64,000 nucleotides of DNA from Vermamoeba vermiformis. Taxonomy: Eukaryota. Under the pieces are notes generated by a model. The model did no database searches and was not told the origin of the DNA. It saw only the letters and a program-made list of their open reading frames with translations. A program made the position numbers and the translations under genes. Below are positions 41,347 to 53,470 of the stretch, in pieces; position 1 is the first letter of the stretch, and each line of letters opens with the position of its first letter. The stretch is from positions 186,001 through 250,000 of the forward strand of contig JBEWZL010000306.1 in assembly GCA_045837725.1 (NCBI GenBank), in the 5' to 3' direction.

Positions 41347-42359
41347 TCTACGGTCAAGTATAAATCGTTGTAAACGAATCCGATCTTGTTTCTCTTTTAT
41401 TTTAATAAACAACAACTTACAACAACTATTTAGACGTTGATAGCCCACACACGTTACATGCGCTTCGATTCTTCGTCAGTTTCCTTGTCTTGTAAGCTGT
41501 AGTATCGTAGCATGTCGTCTTGTGTCGCTGGAGGCTATAGCAAATGACGGTAAAAAAGGTCAAAGATTTTTCCATCAGGGCACGAAATCTCGTTGGGACA
41601 GATGTCCCTTGTGGAAATCTCGTTGGGACAAGCGGTATCAATGTGGCCTGTAATTGCCACGTGAAATGATTCCGACTAAGTCTTATTCTCAGCAAGGGGT
41701 ATCTGAGCTTAGCGAAACTGGATCTGAGCGACGTTGAGAAGAAAATGCAATTCCTTCACGCAATACAGTTTATTGGTGAGCATAATAGCTCAGTCACGTT
41801 CCGAAAGGCACGGCCATGATCTTGATAGTCTCACCTGTATTAATGATTACCAAATAACACTAAGAAATGAGTTGTACTGCCGACCTGTAGAAGTGACTGC
41901 TCAGAATAACCAACAACCTCTTTTAAATCACGAGGGTTGAACAATGATAGTAATTGTACTCCTTTAATTAAAGCACATTGTTTGGGTCAGGCGCACTCCA
42001 GAGCGAAGTTTCTCTCAAATGCAAAAATTGCGCAACATTCAATCGTGAAGCCACATTCGAACTCGATTTGGGTTTGCTTTATTCAACCCGAGAAGAAACG
42101 GAAGAAAGACTGTGCAACGTATACAAAGCCATAGAAAATGGTACTGTTAAATGGCGTGAGATCTAGATGGAAATAAATCTTCTCTTGCCTTTGTCGCATT
42201 TTTTCGTCTTTCTTTTATTTCTGACTTGCGAAATTGAAAATAATATTATCAAATTCTACGTCAAAGTGCCTTGTTTGGTCAGGCTTCGAGAACAAAGTTT
42301 CTGCTAAACTGCAAAAATTTGTAGTAAGGCGCGCAAATTTATTTGATTGAACTTGAGTC

Positions 42360-42940
42360 ATGGCACAACCACAACAGCAACTGCCCATCCCCGCGATGAT
42401 TAACGTACCATTACGCGGTATCGCGGCCCCAGGTCCACTCGCATATAGCCCTGGTACAACTATTTTCGGAGCCAACCTGAAAAAACCATAACGACGAAAA
42501 TTATCATTATTAATTAAGTCCTTATTTAGCGCCAGATTGGGCGGTGCAACTGCAAGCCTCTGTAAATCAAATGCAGAGTACCTTGGACCAAATCCGCAGA
42601 GAACAAAAGGAAATGAAGATTAGAATTGAACAACAAACGATCCGAGCAAGAAACGAGCTTGCATATGTCAGGCGGGAAAATGACGCTGCATTGCATCCTC
42701 TCCCATCGACGCAACACCGTAGGTCTCACAAACAACAAAAAATTCTTGATTAACGCATTTGCAGTTGATCAACCCCTCCCTAGCGACAACAACGTGCTTT
42801 TTCCTGCAACATTGCGAACTGCATTGGATCTCACGCACGAGCAGTTAGACGCACTTGCGGCCTTTTACGGCGTGCAATTCAATGGCCAACTCAAGGTGGA
42901 ACGCATTTTGGAATTCAAGCTTTTCATCACTATTGGATGA
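42360..42940 (+). CDS. Coiled-coil protein with a Mug135/DUF1773-like C-terminal domain
   Basis: APDWAVQLQASV..IRARNE..FPATLRTALDLTHEQLDALAAFYGV..ERILEFKLFITIG resembles the fungal Mug135 C-terminus. Confidence 0.55.
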
Positions 42941-43188
42941 GCACTAGTTGCGTTAATGAAGAGTGTCTTCTATTGTATTGTAGATTTCGGAGCAAAGAAG
43001 GCACGCATCCGAAGATCGTGACCATTCTTAGCAACAAAAGTTATTTATTTACTTTCTTCTTAATGCCTCGATGCATGCACACCAATCCGTCTCTCAAATC
43101 GTAGCATTCAATTGTTGTATCGTTCCAAACAATCAGCGTCTTTTCATCATCGAGCCAGATCCACCGTCCAAAACAACTCGAGCTGCCT

Positions 43189-45057
43189 TTAAAAAATCTC
43201 TGGCACAAGTGTTGTAGTTCCATCAGCGTATGTAAGATTGCCGGTTCCTTCGATTTCTAAATAAGTAAATATCAGTACCGCCAGTGGTTACCTAATTCTT
43301 TTTTGTCGTAAGCTTACGTGCTCGGCATAACGGACAAGTCTTCTCTTTTTCAAACCTAAACATGGTTTAAGTATTTGAATATACTCAAAAGAAGTGTTAA
43401 TTAACGTACCAGGCGCCCACACATTCTTCGCAGAAAATGTGTTTGCACGACAAGATCACCGGTGCAGTCATAGTTTCTTGGCAGATCGCGCACTGATCAC
43501 CGACCTCTTGCACTTGTTCTCGCGTAGCATATGTACCAAAACGCTATATAACATATATGAGATATAATTCCGATGAGATAAATTGATGCAAAGTCACACT
43601 TACGAGATGACCTTTCACGACTGCTTTGAAGGTGATGATTGTGACCATTGTTTTCTCGTACGCACGAGGAAATTTCAATATCAAATAGAACATTATGGCA
43701 ATGCCCGACAAGACGTTACTATATTCCCAATCGCCGAGCAAAAAGTTCACCCACAACGGGATCGGCAGCATCGTTCTGTAGCACCCAAACAACGTTTCAA
43801 TGAACGAGTACATCGTTGCCTAAAAAAGGAAATAAAATCAATACTCGTTCATAATGGAGCATATTTGTATGTTATAAATTGTATAGTAAGGGATTAATAG
43901 TGTTTGGTCCTTACTCGTTTTCTGAATGGTGGTTTGTGACCGAGATTGATAGCGTAAATGCTCTTAACAATTATCGCTATATATTTCACCAGCGTATCTA
44001 AAATAATAAAAATTAAATAAAATTAATAAAAATTAATGAATGATAATCAAGCGGTAATTAAGGGGGTCATACCAGTGACGCAAATGTTCCAAAGAGTTTG
44101 CCACAGATCGTACGTCTCGGTGATAGACATGAACAACATGCCCTGGTATAAATGATCTGAATTGCGGAATATAAACAGCGGCCACGCAAAATTGAGTGCC
44201 AGCACTATAATTAATCCGCCGTAGACATTTTTATCGCGATTTTCCTTCTTTGCGACTTCTTGTTTCATTCGGGTATTTGCCTTAATTAGCAAGTTGTAAA
44301 GCCACGCAAACACTAAGAAACCTAGTTTTAGACTAATTTAGTAACCGAAGAAATTTTTGCAAAGTTTAATGTTTCGTACCCCAAATATGTTTCACGATGA
44401 ATACTGTCAGAAACACTACCAAAAATGGTGCGACCTAAAATAAGCGATAAATATTTGCAAAGGTTAGAAGTAACAGTGACTTACATAAGCCAATACTTTG
44501 GACACACTCGACAACGAAAAATCAATATTATGTGTTCGAGGAGCATTTTGGGGTGGATTATTATTGATGTTGGCATTAACATTATTGTCGTTAATATTAT
44601 TGATGGTATTGTTATTTTCTTGCGGTGCTTCGGAATTATTTTCTGCCGCGATTGGCGGTGCAGCCGTGATGTCGGCGAATAATGGATTTACTACGCCTAT
44701 ATTATTATTATTCGTAGTATTATTGTCTATTGATAGTTGTCCTAGTTCAATATCGCGTGTTGGTTCGGCAATCTGGCCCGGTGGATTTGGATGTACGGCG
44801 CTGTTCGCGGGGTTATTGGTTGCACCGGCGGTGTTGGTATTTAATATATTTGTAGTAATAATATTTTCTATTACTGATTGAAAATTCTGCGTGCTAAAAG
44901 AAAAAGAATTAATATTAGGAAATAAACGTAAAAATATTATTTGTCATCGATCTTATTTTCACTTTAAAGGTGTTGAATGGCTATTCTATATTGTTCAATG
45001 TCCTAATAAAATATTATTTGATTTTTCAAACGCTTACCTGATGAAATTCTGTGACAT
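43189..45057 (-). CDS. RING finger and transmembrane protein (RNFT1/2-like E3 ligase)
   Basis: TM region ..[15 protein letters not shown], then [47 protein letters not shown]. Confidence 0.88.
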
Positions 45058-45296
45058 TCTAAAGTTTCGACCGAGATGTGTTTTATAAACCGTTGAAGTT
45101 GTTTAATTGGGGTACATAATGTTGTAAATATATCGATGATGCATCGCAATACTAACTTACGCGAAACAAGCAAAAGTTGTCCAATCATAATTTTGATAAA
45201 ATTTTTCGCGCCCTTTTTTTCGTTAGGGATCGGGACAAAATCAAATTGACTCACGAGGGTATAGCACAGCTAACGGCCTAATATAATCATATCAAA

Positions 45297-47035
45297 ATGA
45301 GCAAAGTATTCGTTGCTAATGGTCAGCCTTTAGTTTTTTATTTGGCGATCAAGCAGAGGAACAAAGAAACCGAGCTTAAAAAATTAATTGAGGTACGAAA
45401 TAATACTAAATAATACTGCAAGTATATTATACGTCACCACGATAATATTTATTAATTTATACTTTATTTTTTAAGTCTGGTGGCGGCAAAACTACAGCTA
45501 AGCCCCGTTCTCAAGCGATCTACATTACTGACAATGCAGATCAATTCAAAGAAGAAGATATCAATGTATATTCATCTGGCCTTATTTACGATTCCGTCGA
45601 AAAGAAGAAATTGTTGGTACGATCCAATCGACAAGTTTTTTTTCGCACCCTTAAAAATTCTCTTATTATTTTCTATTTATCGTATTAATATAATATATGA
45701 ATAGCCTATGAAAGACTATCAACTTAACGGCAAAGACGAGGAAGAAGAATCGGAAGAGGATCTCGCTACGCAGACCAATGTTAAATCGCCCAAGTCATCT
45801 CCAAATAAGACTAAGGATGTTATTCAAACACCTCCTGCCTCACCGACCAAGCCCTCGCCTTCTAACTCGCTAAAGCCGTCGCCTGCTAAATCACCGGCTA
45901 AATCTCCGGCGAAGAGTCCTAACAAGCGCAAGGAATACACTGCTGAAGAGGACGTAAGTATTATAATATATAGTATAGTCAATATACGTAAATCTAGAGC
46001 TATATATTCTGAAATCGAGATTTTATGATGGTTTAAGGCGGATGCAGCCCAACTTTTTATCGCTTCGAGATCGGTTTTTTTAACCTGGCTTTAAATTCTC
46101 AGAAAATTCTTCTCGAATGGGTACGCAAGCACACAACCAAGTCACCTAATGGCACTTCATTGTGGGACTTGGCCGAGAAGAAGAAAATCACCGACCACAC
46201 CAGTCAATCGATGCGATCTCGTTACGTCAAAGTGCTTGCTAAGCGAGTACGTAGCATGATGCATATATATATCATAGTCTTATTAACGATGGCACTATAG
46301 TTGGCGGATGCTGAGCAAAATCAAGATCAAATGGACGAAGAAGACAAAGAGCTCGCTGACACTTTGCAAAAAATGTCGCAAGAGCCTGAATCGTACGAAA
46401 AATAATATTGTCCATTTAGAGTTATTGATCGATTATTTCCTTTTTTAGTAATGAAGAAGAAAAACAAAAAAAGGCCGCACCAAAGAAACAGCAACAACAG
46501 CCACAAGCGAAAAAAGGCGGCAAAAAGAGAAAGTTGCAAGAAGAAGAAGAAGAGCAAGAAGACGAAGAAAAAACAACGCAAGACGAACAGCCAGCGAAGA
46601 AAAAACGAAGATTTTCAATGCCGTACGTTTCTCCTGTTGTGCGCAAGAGACAGGTCAGACAGTTCTTTGAGGACTTGTTGGCCGAGACTAAAGTCGAGCC
46701 CGTCGTTGCTATTCACGCGCTTATTGTTTACTCCGGCAACATCAACTTAGCTAGACAGTATTTGTTGAATAAGGGCAGTACGTATCGTTACAAAAGTGTT
46801 GCGGATCCGATCCGATCCACGAATTTTTTTTTCGATTTTTATTCGGTTGAACTAATTACCTTATTTATTAGATACTGCTAAGTGCGAGGTTAAGCCTTGG
46901 ACTCCTGAGGAAGACGACATTTTGTTGCGCAAGACTGATATGATTGAAATTCAAGCTGTACGTGGCCGCGAAGTGACTTTGGAGCGAATCGATTTCTTGG
47001 ATTTCCTTTCTCCTGCTGAATTTTATGCGCGTTAA
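45297..47035 (+). CDS. RAP1: Telomere protein Rap1 (TERF2IP): BRCT + Myb + RCT
   Basis: BRCT (VFYL..LKKLIESGGG..IYDSVEKKKLLPMKDY); Myb (RKEYTAEEDKILL..GTSLW..DHTSQSMRSRYVKVL); RCT (HALIVYSGNINLA..WTPEEDDILL..RIDFL). Confidence 0.88.
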
Positions 47036-47195
47036 TTCGGCCTTAAAAATCAGCACTGACGATCAAGTTGAATCGTTACATCTTTTTGTAATAATAAAGT
47101 AAAGTAATGAATTTGTAAACCGAGGTTAAGCAGCAGTATAAATATACTCCATACTAATCAATTTAATAACACTTTTTGGTGTTTTATTGGTATTT

Positions 47196-48786
47196 TTAGC
47201 GTTTTTTATATTTACAAGGCTTGAGCTCGTAATTTCGGTGCTTTTTTGGTTCTCGCTCCGTCTTCTTGGCATTGAATAGTACAAACATCTTATTAGAATC
47301 GTCCTATGGATATGATTAGTACCCAGTATAGCCATTTGTAATTATCCTCTTTACCTTATTCATCAAGTCAAAACCAAGATCTCGCAGTACATTCAAAAAC
47401 TTTGGAATATTGTCGAATCTCGATTTGACCTCTGCTATTTTAAGCTCTCCTCTATATATAGAAAATTTAATAATACTGTCTCTAACTAATGGCAACTAAT
47501 TGATAAAATTTTCGGATGCGTCCAAGTTCGTCCGTTACAATAACTCCAGTGCCACTATACTCACCCTACTTTAAGCACTCTATATGCTTCTAATAGAAAA
47601 TCAACGTAATTGGTGCCCATCAGCGACAAACTAAACACAGCAACATCCACACTTGCATCCGGTAAAGGAACCTTAAAAAGAAGTTCGGTATGAATATCCT
47701 TGCTTATTAATAATATTATTTTGACTTACATTAGCAATGTCGCAAACAATCACGTGCTCATTATGTGCTACGAGATCAAATGAATGAACTTTTTGCTTCA
47801 GAGTTTGACCTGCCGAAAAAACTCCGTGTTAAAATAGACCAATTGAGCAAAATAAGCACCAAATATTATCAATATATATAAATAAGTGACATAAGTTATT
47901 CATACCTATTTTAGCATTACCGCAGCCAAAATCGGCAATGACAGTTGAAAGAGGTTTCTTTTCGAGTTGTTTGATGATAATGTCTACGGGATTTGAAGGC
48001 CAGCCTTTAACTTGCGACTCAAAGCCTTTATGGTACTATATATAATAAAGAGATTAATAAGATTGGAAGGAAAATAAATTTTGCGTCGATCGTGATCAGA
48101 ACTCGGTTATAATTGTATCGATGTTTTACCTCATGAAATAGCTCAGGTTGCTTAGTAAATAATTTTAAAGCCGCATCACCGGTAGTTGTGTATAATTGTT
48201 CGTTGATCCAACGGAAATGAGCTCCATCTAACTTCGTCTGAGCTTTTTGGACCATAGAAGACATATTCTAGTATTTATTAGTAAAATTATTAATATAAAA
48301 GTGTAATTATACCTTATTCTGTTCTTTTTTAGGCTCATTGGCTTGTTTCTGATTTTTGGGATCGGATCCGGATTTGATCTGGTTGATCTTATTCGCTAAA
48401 AAACCAGCAGGGGCAGTCGGCGCACGTTTCTTGCTTCCAAATAAATTTCCTCCGCGAGTTTCATTGCGCGATTGCGTATTCTGATTGTTTGAAGGCTGCA
48501 GTTGTGGTTTTTGATTGTTGATCGTGGATGGAGATCGTTGAAAATTTCCAGAATTATTATTATTATTTGGCTTATTATTATTTACAGGAGATTTAGGGAC
48601 ATTATTTGCGGGCTTTTGGGCTTGTTGATTTTTTGGAGCATTATTATCGATTTTTTGTTTTTTTGGATTCGGTCCTTTTTGATTCTTCCCATCATCTTCA
48701 CGTTTTCTCTTCATACTGTTATTGTTATTATTTCCGCTTAGTTTTTTCGGATTCGATTTGAGGGATCCGGATTTGTCGACGTTCAT
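47196..48786 (-). CDS. RRP8: rRNA m1A methyltransferase Rrp8/nucleomethylin
   Basis: [69 protein letters not shown]. Confidence 0.95.
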
Positions 48787-48920
48787 TTCCAATTCTCAAG
48801 CAATTAATTAACACGAATACACCAGTGCCAGTATTTACTAGAAAAAATCTGATATATTTTGTATTATGTGAGTTGAACCTGTTGTTCAGCACGAGTGACA
48901 AAAAAAAATAAATTTTAAAC

Positions 48921-49066
48921 AAGCGCATCTGAACAGCACCAGGGTGTTTGGTAACGCTAAAGTGATTAATACTCCTCCATGGAGATCATACAACGCCTAC
49001 CACTTACTTTAACAGCGTGGGTCTCCTTCGGCACTTTCACTTTAGCTTCGATCGGTGTCAGAGCTT
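48921..49066. ncRNA. Candidate rod-like structured RNA of unknown class
   Basis: Nested complementary blocks AAGC/GCTT, TCTGA/TCAGA, CACC/GGTG, GCTAAAGTGA/TCACTTTAGC, GGAGATC/GGTCTCC, ACGC/GCGT; T-run follows on the minus strand. Confidence 0.4.
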
Positions 49067-49238
49067 TAATAAATTTGTATTATTCCCGAAAAAGGTAAAA
49101 AAATGCAATCAATACTCATTTATAATAGCTTTTTAGCCTTATCATCTCAAAAAAGACGAATTATTTTTGATTTGAAATTATTGCGCACCCTAAGTTGCAC
49201 GCCCTCATGTAAACTAACATATCATAAATAGGTCGCGT

Positions 49239-50520
49239 GTGGATGTAGAGATTATATCAGCTGAAATTCCAGATGACATGTGGAACGAGATCTTCAAACA
49301 TGGTTTGACAGATGCACCTTCTGAGGAGTTACTCGAGCTCTCACTCGTTAGCAAACTATGGAACAAGAAGATTAATGATATTTATACTAGAAGATTATTA
49401 CAAGATCCTGCATCTTTGCCAAAATTCAACAAGTTTTTAACTCCGAAGCGCTATTATTATTATTTATTTGGCAACCGCCAAAATGACATGAATATTAGTA
49501 ATAATTCAACGGATCCATTACCTGGAAAAGAATTCAAAATAAGCTATGGACCGTGGCTGGATCACAACGTGCTGCGACATCCGGAAAACTTTTGGCTGTT
49601 CATGAAAGCAATGATTTTTAATCCTAGTTGGCTACCTGCATGGCTCATAAGATATAATATTCGAGATGGTTTGACCATTGTTCCGCCAAATCACAGACGC
49701 GTACTGAAATACGTTACGCTTTGTTCGGTACGTCTATCCTTTTTTTTTTATCAACTTGTCTCTTATCACTCAAAAATGCTAGTACTATAAGCTCATGATG
49801 CTTGATTTATTATTAATATCCTTGTGGATTTTACGTAACGAAAAATTTTGATTCAAATTTTTTTTTTGATAGATCATTTCTTACAGATTCATAAAAGCAA
49901 ATGGAATTAAACAAGCGTTATCTGCAGATGTTATAGAGTATAATACTTATTATTGCAATTGCTTCCAGATTCTTCTGTCGTACTTGCCATATATGGATTC
50001 GGTCATCTACCGCTTCCGAACAACCATTCCCGAGCCAGCACTAGCCACAGTGACGAGTCTATTCGGCTACCTGTGGAGCAACGAGCCAATGAACTTCTTA
50101 ATGCAGCTGCGTCTTATATCACAACTAGTCATATTCCAACTGTTCGACAATGCATTTTTTAACAACGACGTTGGAGCTCTCACTCGTCTCGGATTGCTCG
50201 TGCCATTCATGATCGTGAACGGCGGGTTCAAACGATTTTTAATATTTGCAGCGATCTTTGCAGTCTGCTTCGGGATCAGAAAATTCAAGGAAAAATTCCG
50301 AGCATCAGACGCGATTGCCGCTGGCATTTTATTTGTGGCAGCACTAATGCTCTATTTTATACCTGCTATATTTGTCGCTATAGGCGGTGCGATTGCACTT
50401 ATGAATGTCGTTAGGCAGGTACAACGAGATCGCAATCCGTCAGTTGGCTGGATGAAGTTCGCCGGAGCCATTTTATTCACCGCTGTTTCTTATACTCTCG
50501 CGATGATATTTTTGCCCTGA
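49239..50520 (+). CDS. F-box-like N-terminus plus multi-pass membrane C-terminus; start uncertain
   Basis: IPDDMWNEIFKH..LLELSLVSKLWNKKI; several hydrophobic helices in ORF 49984-50520. Confidence 0.65.
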
Positions 50521-50881
50521 TCATTGTTGTTGTCTTAACGAATTACCAAATAAAGTTATTTTATTGCAGATCAGGCATTAGTTACCTAACCAACAGCTTT
50601 GTTCGCTAACATAACATTTCCTAAGTCCCGATTAGGACTATAATAACCGGGTTATAAGCAGCTATACTGTTAATTAATAGTACTTTATCTTATTGCAACT
50701 CACAGTCTATCTTATCCGATGCTTCAAAAACATAGTTTGACGAATTTAGTGTCGTTGGTACACAATTCAACCGATCGTATGAACAGATCTTGAAGCACCC
50801 AGTCTGATTCAACGACCAATTTGTCACGTTTTTGCTGCAGCACAACTAACCCTTGCATTGACGTCAACGTAAATTTTCTGA

Positions 50882-53402
50882 TTACGGCAAGTACTCTAAT
50901 ATACTATTGTCGCTGCCTCGTCTGAGGTACTCTCTTTCCGTCAGATTCGAGATTGCCGTAGTGATGTATGTTCTCTGTTACAACAAAAATTAGATCCGCC
51001 AACGAGCAACTTTAAAAGAAAAAAAGATTGTATTTGTTGTAAAAATATTTAACTTGACGTACTTTGAGTCTAAATCTAGCAGCGAGATGTGCATAGACTT
51101 CGCGTATCAATTCGGCTTCTGAAATTTGTCGATGTCGCTTCATGAGCTGAACGATCTTCGCTTGAATTATCACGGATTCTTCAGCATTGGGAACACTTTT
51201 GGTTCTCTATCGATTACATTAAATAACGAAATTTCGAAGAAAAATGAATGACCGTACCTTGCTAGTGTCAGTGAAGTCAAATTCAACATTCGGTGAAAAG
51301 AATTCTTTTCCGAACCGGAACTCGCCTCCGTCCGATATATTGGCTTTCTAGAACAACGAAATTAATTAATGTATAATAAATAATGCTTAATTATCAGGGT
51401 AATTTTCTTCGTACCAGGATCATTCCGCTGCACAATATGGGATATAAAATCTGTTGCAGTTGTACGGGGGAAATTCCGGTCTTTTGCACAATTTCGTCAA
51501 AACTAAGGGCCTTATATTCGTTAAATAGCAATAATACGACTGCTTGTTGTAGCTGAACCGAAAGTTGTTTGGATCCGCGTTTGAAATTTCCAACGACTAA
51601 GCAAGTACTGTGCTGAGGATAATTCCATATTAATATCTTTTTTCTATGACCTTGTTCGTTTCTATTAACGTCTGAATAGAATTCATTGTAGATGTTGATA
51701 ATTCGGGCAAGCTGCAAATTTCAAATTAGATACGGCACAGACACTACAGGAAAACTCCTTATAAGGATATTGCTATGAAATTACCTCTGGTGGGTAATGC
51801 AATATTGATCGTTCTCCAATGCACAAGGGATGTTGAATCACTTTCACATCCAGTACGAGACCTAACTTGATCTGCTTCATGGAGAGATATTCTTCGAATT
51901 TTTTGTCCAATAGCAGATTTTCTTCTATATCATCCAGTAGTTTATATTTTCCCGGAATATCTGAAAGTAATTAGCTTAGTAATGTACCGAATGAATACCG
52001 ATGATTGAAACTTACCAGGAATTTTCGACAAGACAAATCTCTCAGCATCAATTGGCAATTGTTTATGACTGTTAAATCGGCGTGCTAGATAAGACTCGTG
52101 CAGTTGTCGAAATACGTCCATGTCCAAATAAGGAAACAGATCCGTTACTTTTTTCATCCACGATTCGAGTTCATCAACTGATTGAGGGCAGTTAATGACA
52201 GTTTTCAGTTGATTATGGACATATTTAGCGCTCATTTTTGTTAATAAATCCATTCTGTACGTCAAACTAGTCATTATTTGTTTTAGCATTTCTTCATCGC
52301 CTTCGAAGCACTCCTTGGCGATATTAATATGCTCGTTCTTCATATTTATAAGCGCGTCTATATCGTTAGAATCTACGTTAAAGAAGAATTGCGCCTGATT
52401 CTAAGAAAAGAATTTGAGATCAGATCCAAATTTTTATCGTACTTTTTGACCGTCATACCTGAAGATACTCTCGCCATAAACAATGAATATGATCTAGATT
52501 AGTACTAATTTTGCGTAATTGATACAGAATCTTCAATTCTTCGGACTTTCGTTCATGAACGAGTTGTGTGAATTGTTGAATGCTCGGCTGATCTTTTAGA
52601 ACTGACTGTATTAGTCTCCTAATCACCTCTTCGCGCATATCAATAGGTATATTAATCTTTTCTAGTAATTTTTTCTCGTTTTCTATCGCTACATTTGTGA
52701 ACGATAAAAGTTCTCCAACCTGCGTCAAACGTCAACTTTATCGAATATAAACGGACGTTGTATCCTTCGCTTACGCTTATAGTATCAATCATTTTACTAA
52801 GGCTGTAGGTGTAATGCCTTGCCGTAGCTTTTGATAACTCTTCTTCAAAACTGTACGACATGCGGTCGAGCAAAACATATGTGTCAACAATAACTCGAAT
52901 GATGTTTGTATCAATGTCTTGGCCTGACCGATATTGTTTTATAGCTGCTAGTATTCTGGGTTTAATTATTTCGTCTCTATCGAGCGGAAGAATGAGATTT
53001 GACTTTAGCGATTGACGTGCGATCTGGCCAGCAGAAGCGAACTAAATTATTCCATTATTAATTAATATATTAGTTTGTTCAATTACAATAATCAGCGAAC
53101 AAATGGGATTAAGCCCTGCAAGGGCAATTTGATTTTATTGTTTAATTGTAAATTTACCTTTGAATTTATGGGACCCGAATTTATTTCTTGAATTATTGCA
53201 TTAAGAGCTTGTAGATATTCGTATGGCCGACAAGATTCTGTAATTTCGTAATTAAAGAAAATTATTCAATTAGAAATTAAGTGAAAGACTTTGACCGTAG
53301 AGACAGAAGGTTGATGGTGATTACAAAAGGATATGGATCAGGCAGCTGCTTCGCGTAAGCCTTTGTTTGCTCGTCAATAATTTTTTCAATATCTTCCGTC
53401 AT
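50882..53402 (-). CDS. Divergent, N-terminally shortened cullin (tandem copy B)
   Basis: YRSGQDIDTNII..DMDVFRQLHESYLARR..DAERFVLSKI..LSVQLQQAVVLLLFN..IQAKIVQLMKRHR..AISNLTEREYLRR..LEYLP. Confidence 0.88.
53240..53334 (-). other. U12-type (minor spliceosome) AT-AC intron in cullin B
   Basis: 5' ATATCCTTTT, branch-like TTCTTTAAT ~12 nt before the terminal AC; only this splice restores the frame (PDP-ESCRPYEYL) into the next exons. Confidence 0.85.
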
Positions 53403-53470
53403 TGTTGTGGCTGGTTGGTCCTCGCAAATAAATGGATCCAGAAATACAATTTTTTATTTTTCAAGAAGCT

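Noticed and set aside
41584-41630. 17-bp direct repeat GAAATCTCGTTGGGACA x2 with a 13-bp spacer, as a possible CRISPR
   Set aside because: Only two copies, spacer too short, no cas genes, eukaryotic context; a simple local duplication.
48921-49066. 5S rRNA, RNase MRP or telomerase RNA identity for the rod element
   Set aside because: Only scattered short word matches; spacing and required helices do not fit, and there is no CCCTAA template inside.
49815-49823. Other RTATCCTT words (here, 26158, 47694, 52760, 56898) as U12 donors
   Set aside because: They are on the non-coding strand or inside introns already explained by GT-AG splicing.
50720-50797. TGCTTCAA/TTGAAGCA inverted repeat as a MITE or snoRNA
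   Set aside because: Only 8 bp, no target-site duplication or convincing C/D boxes; plausible by chance.
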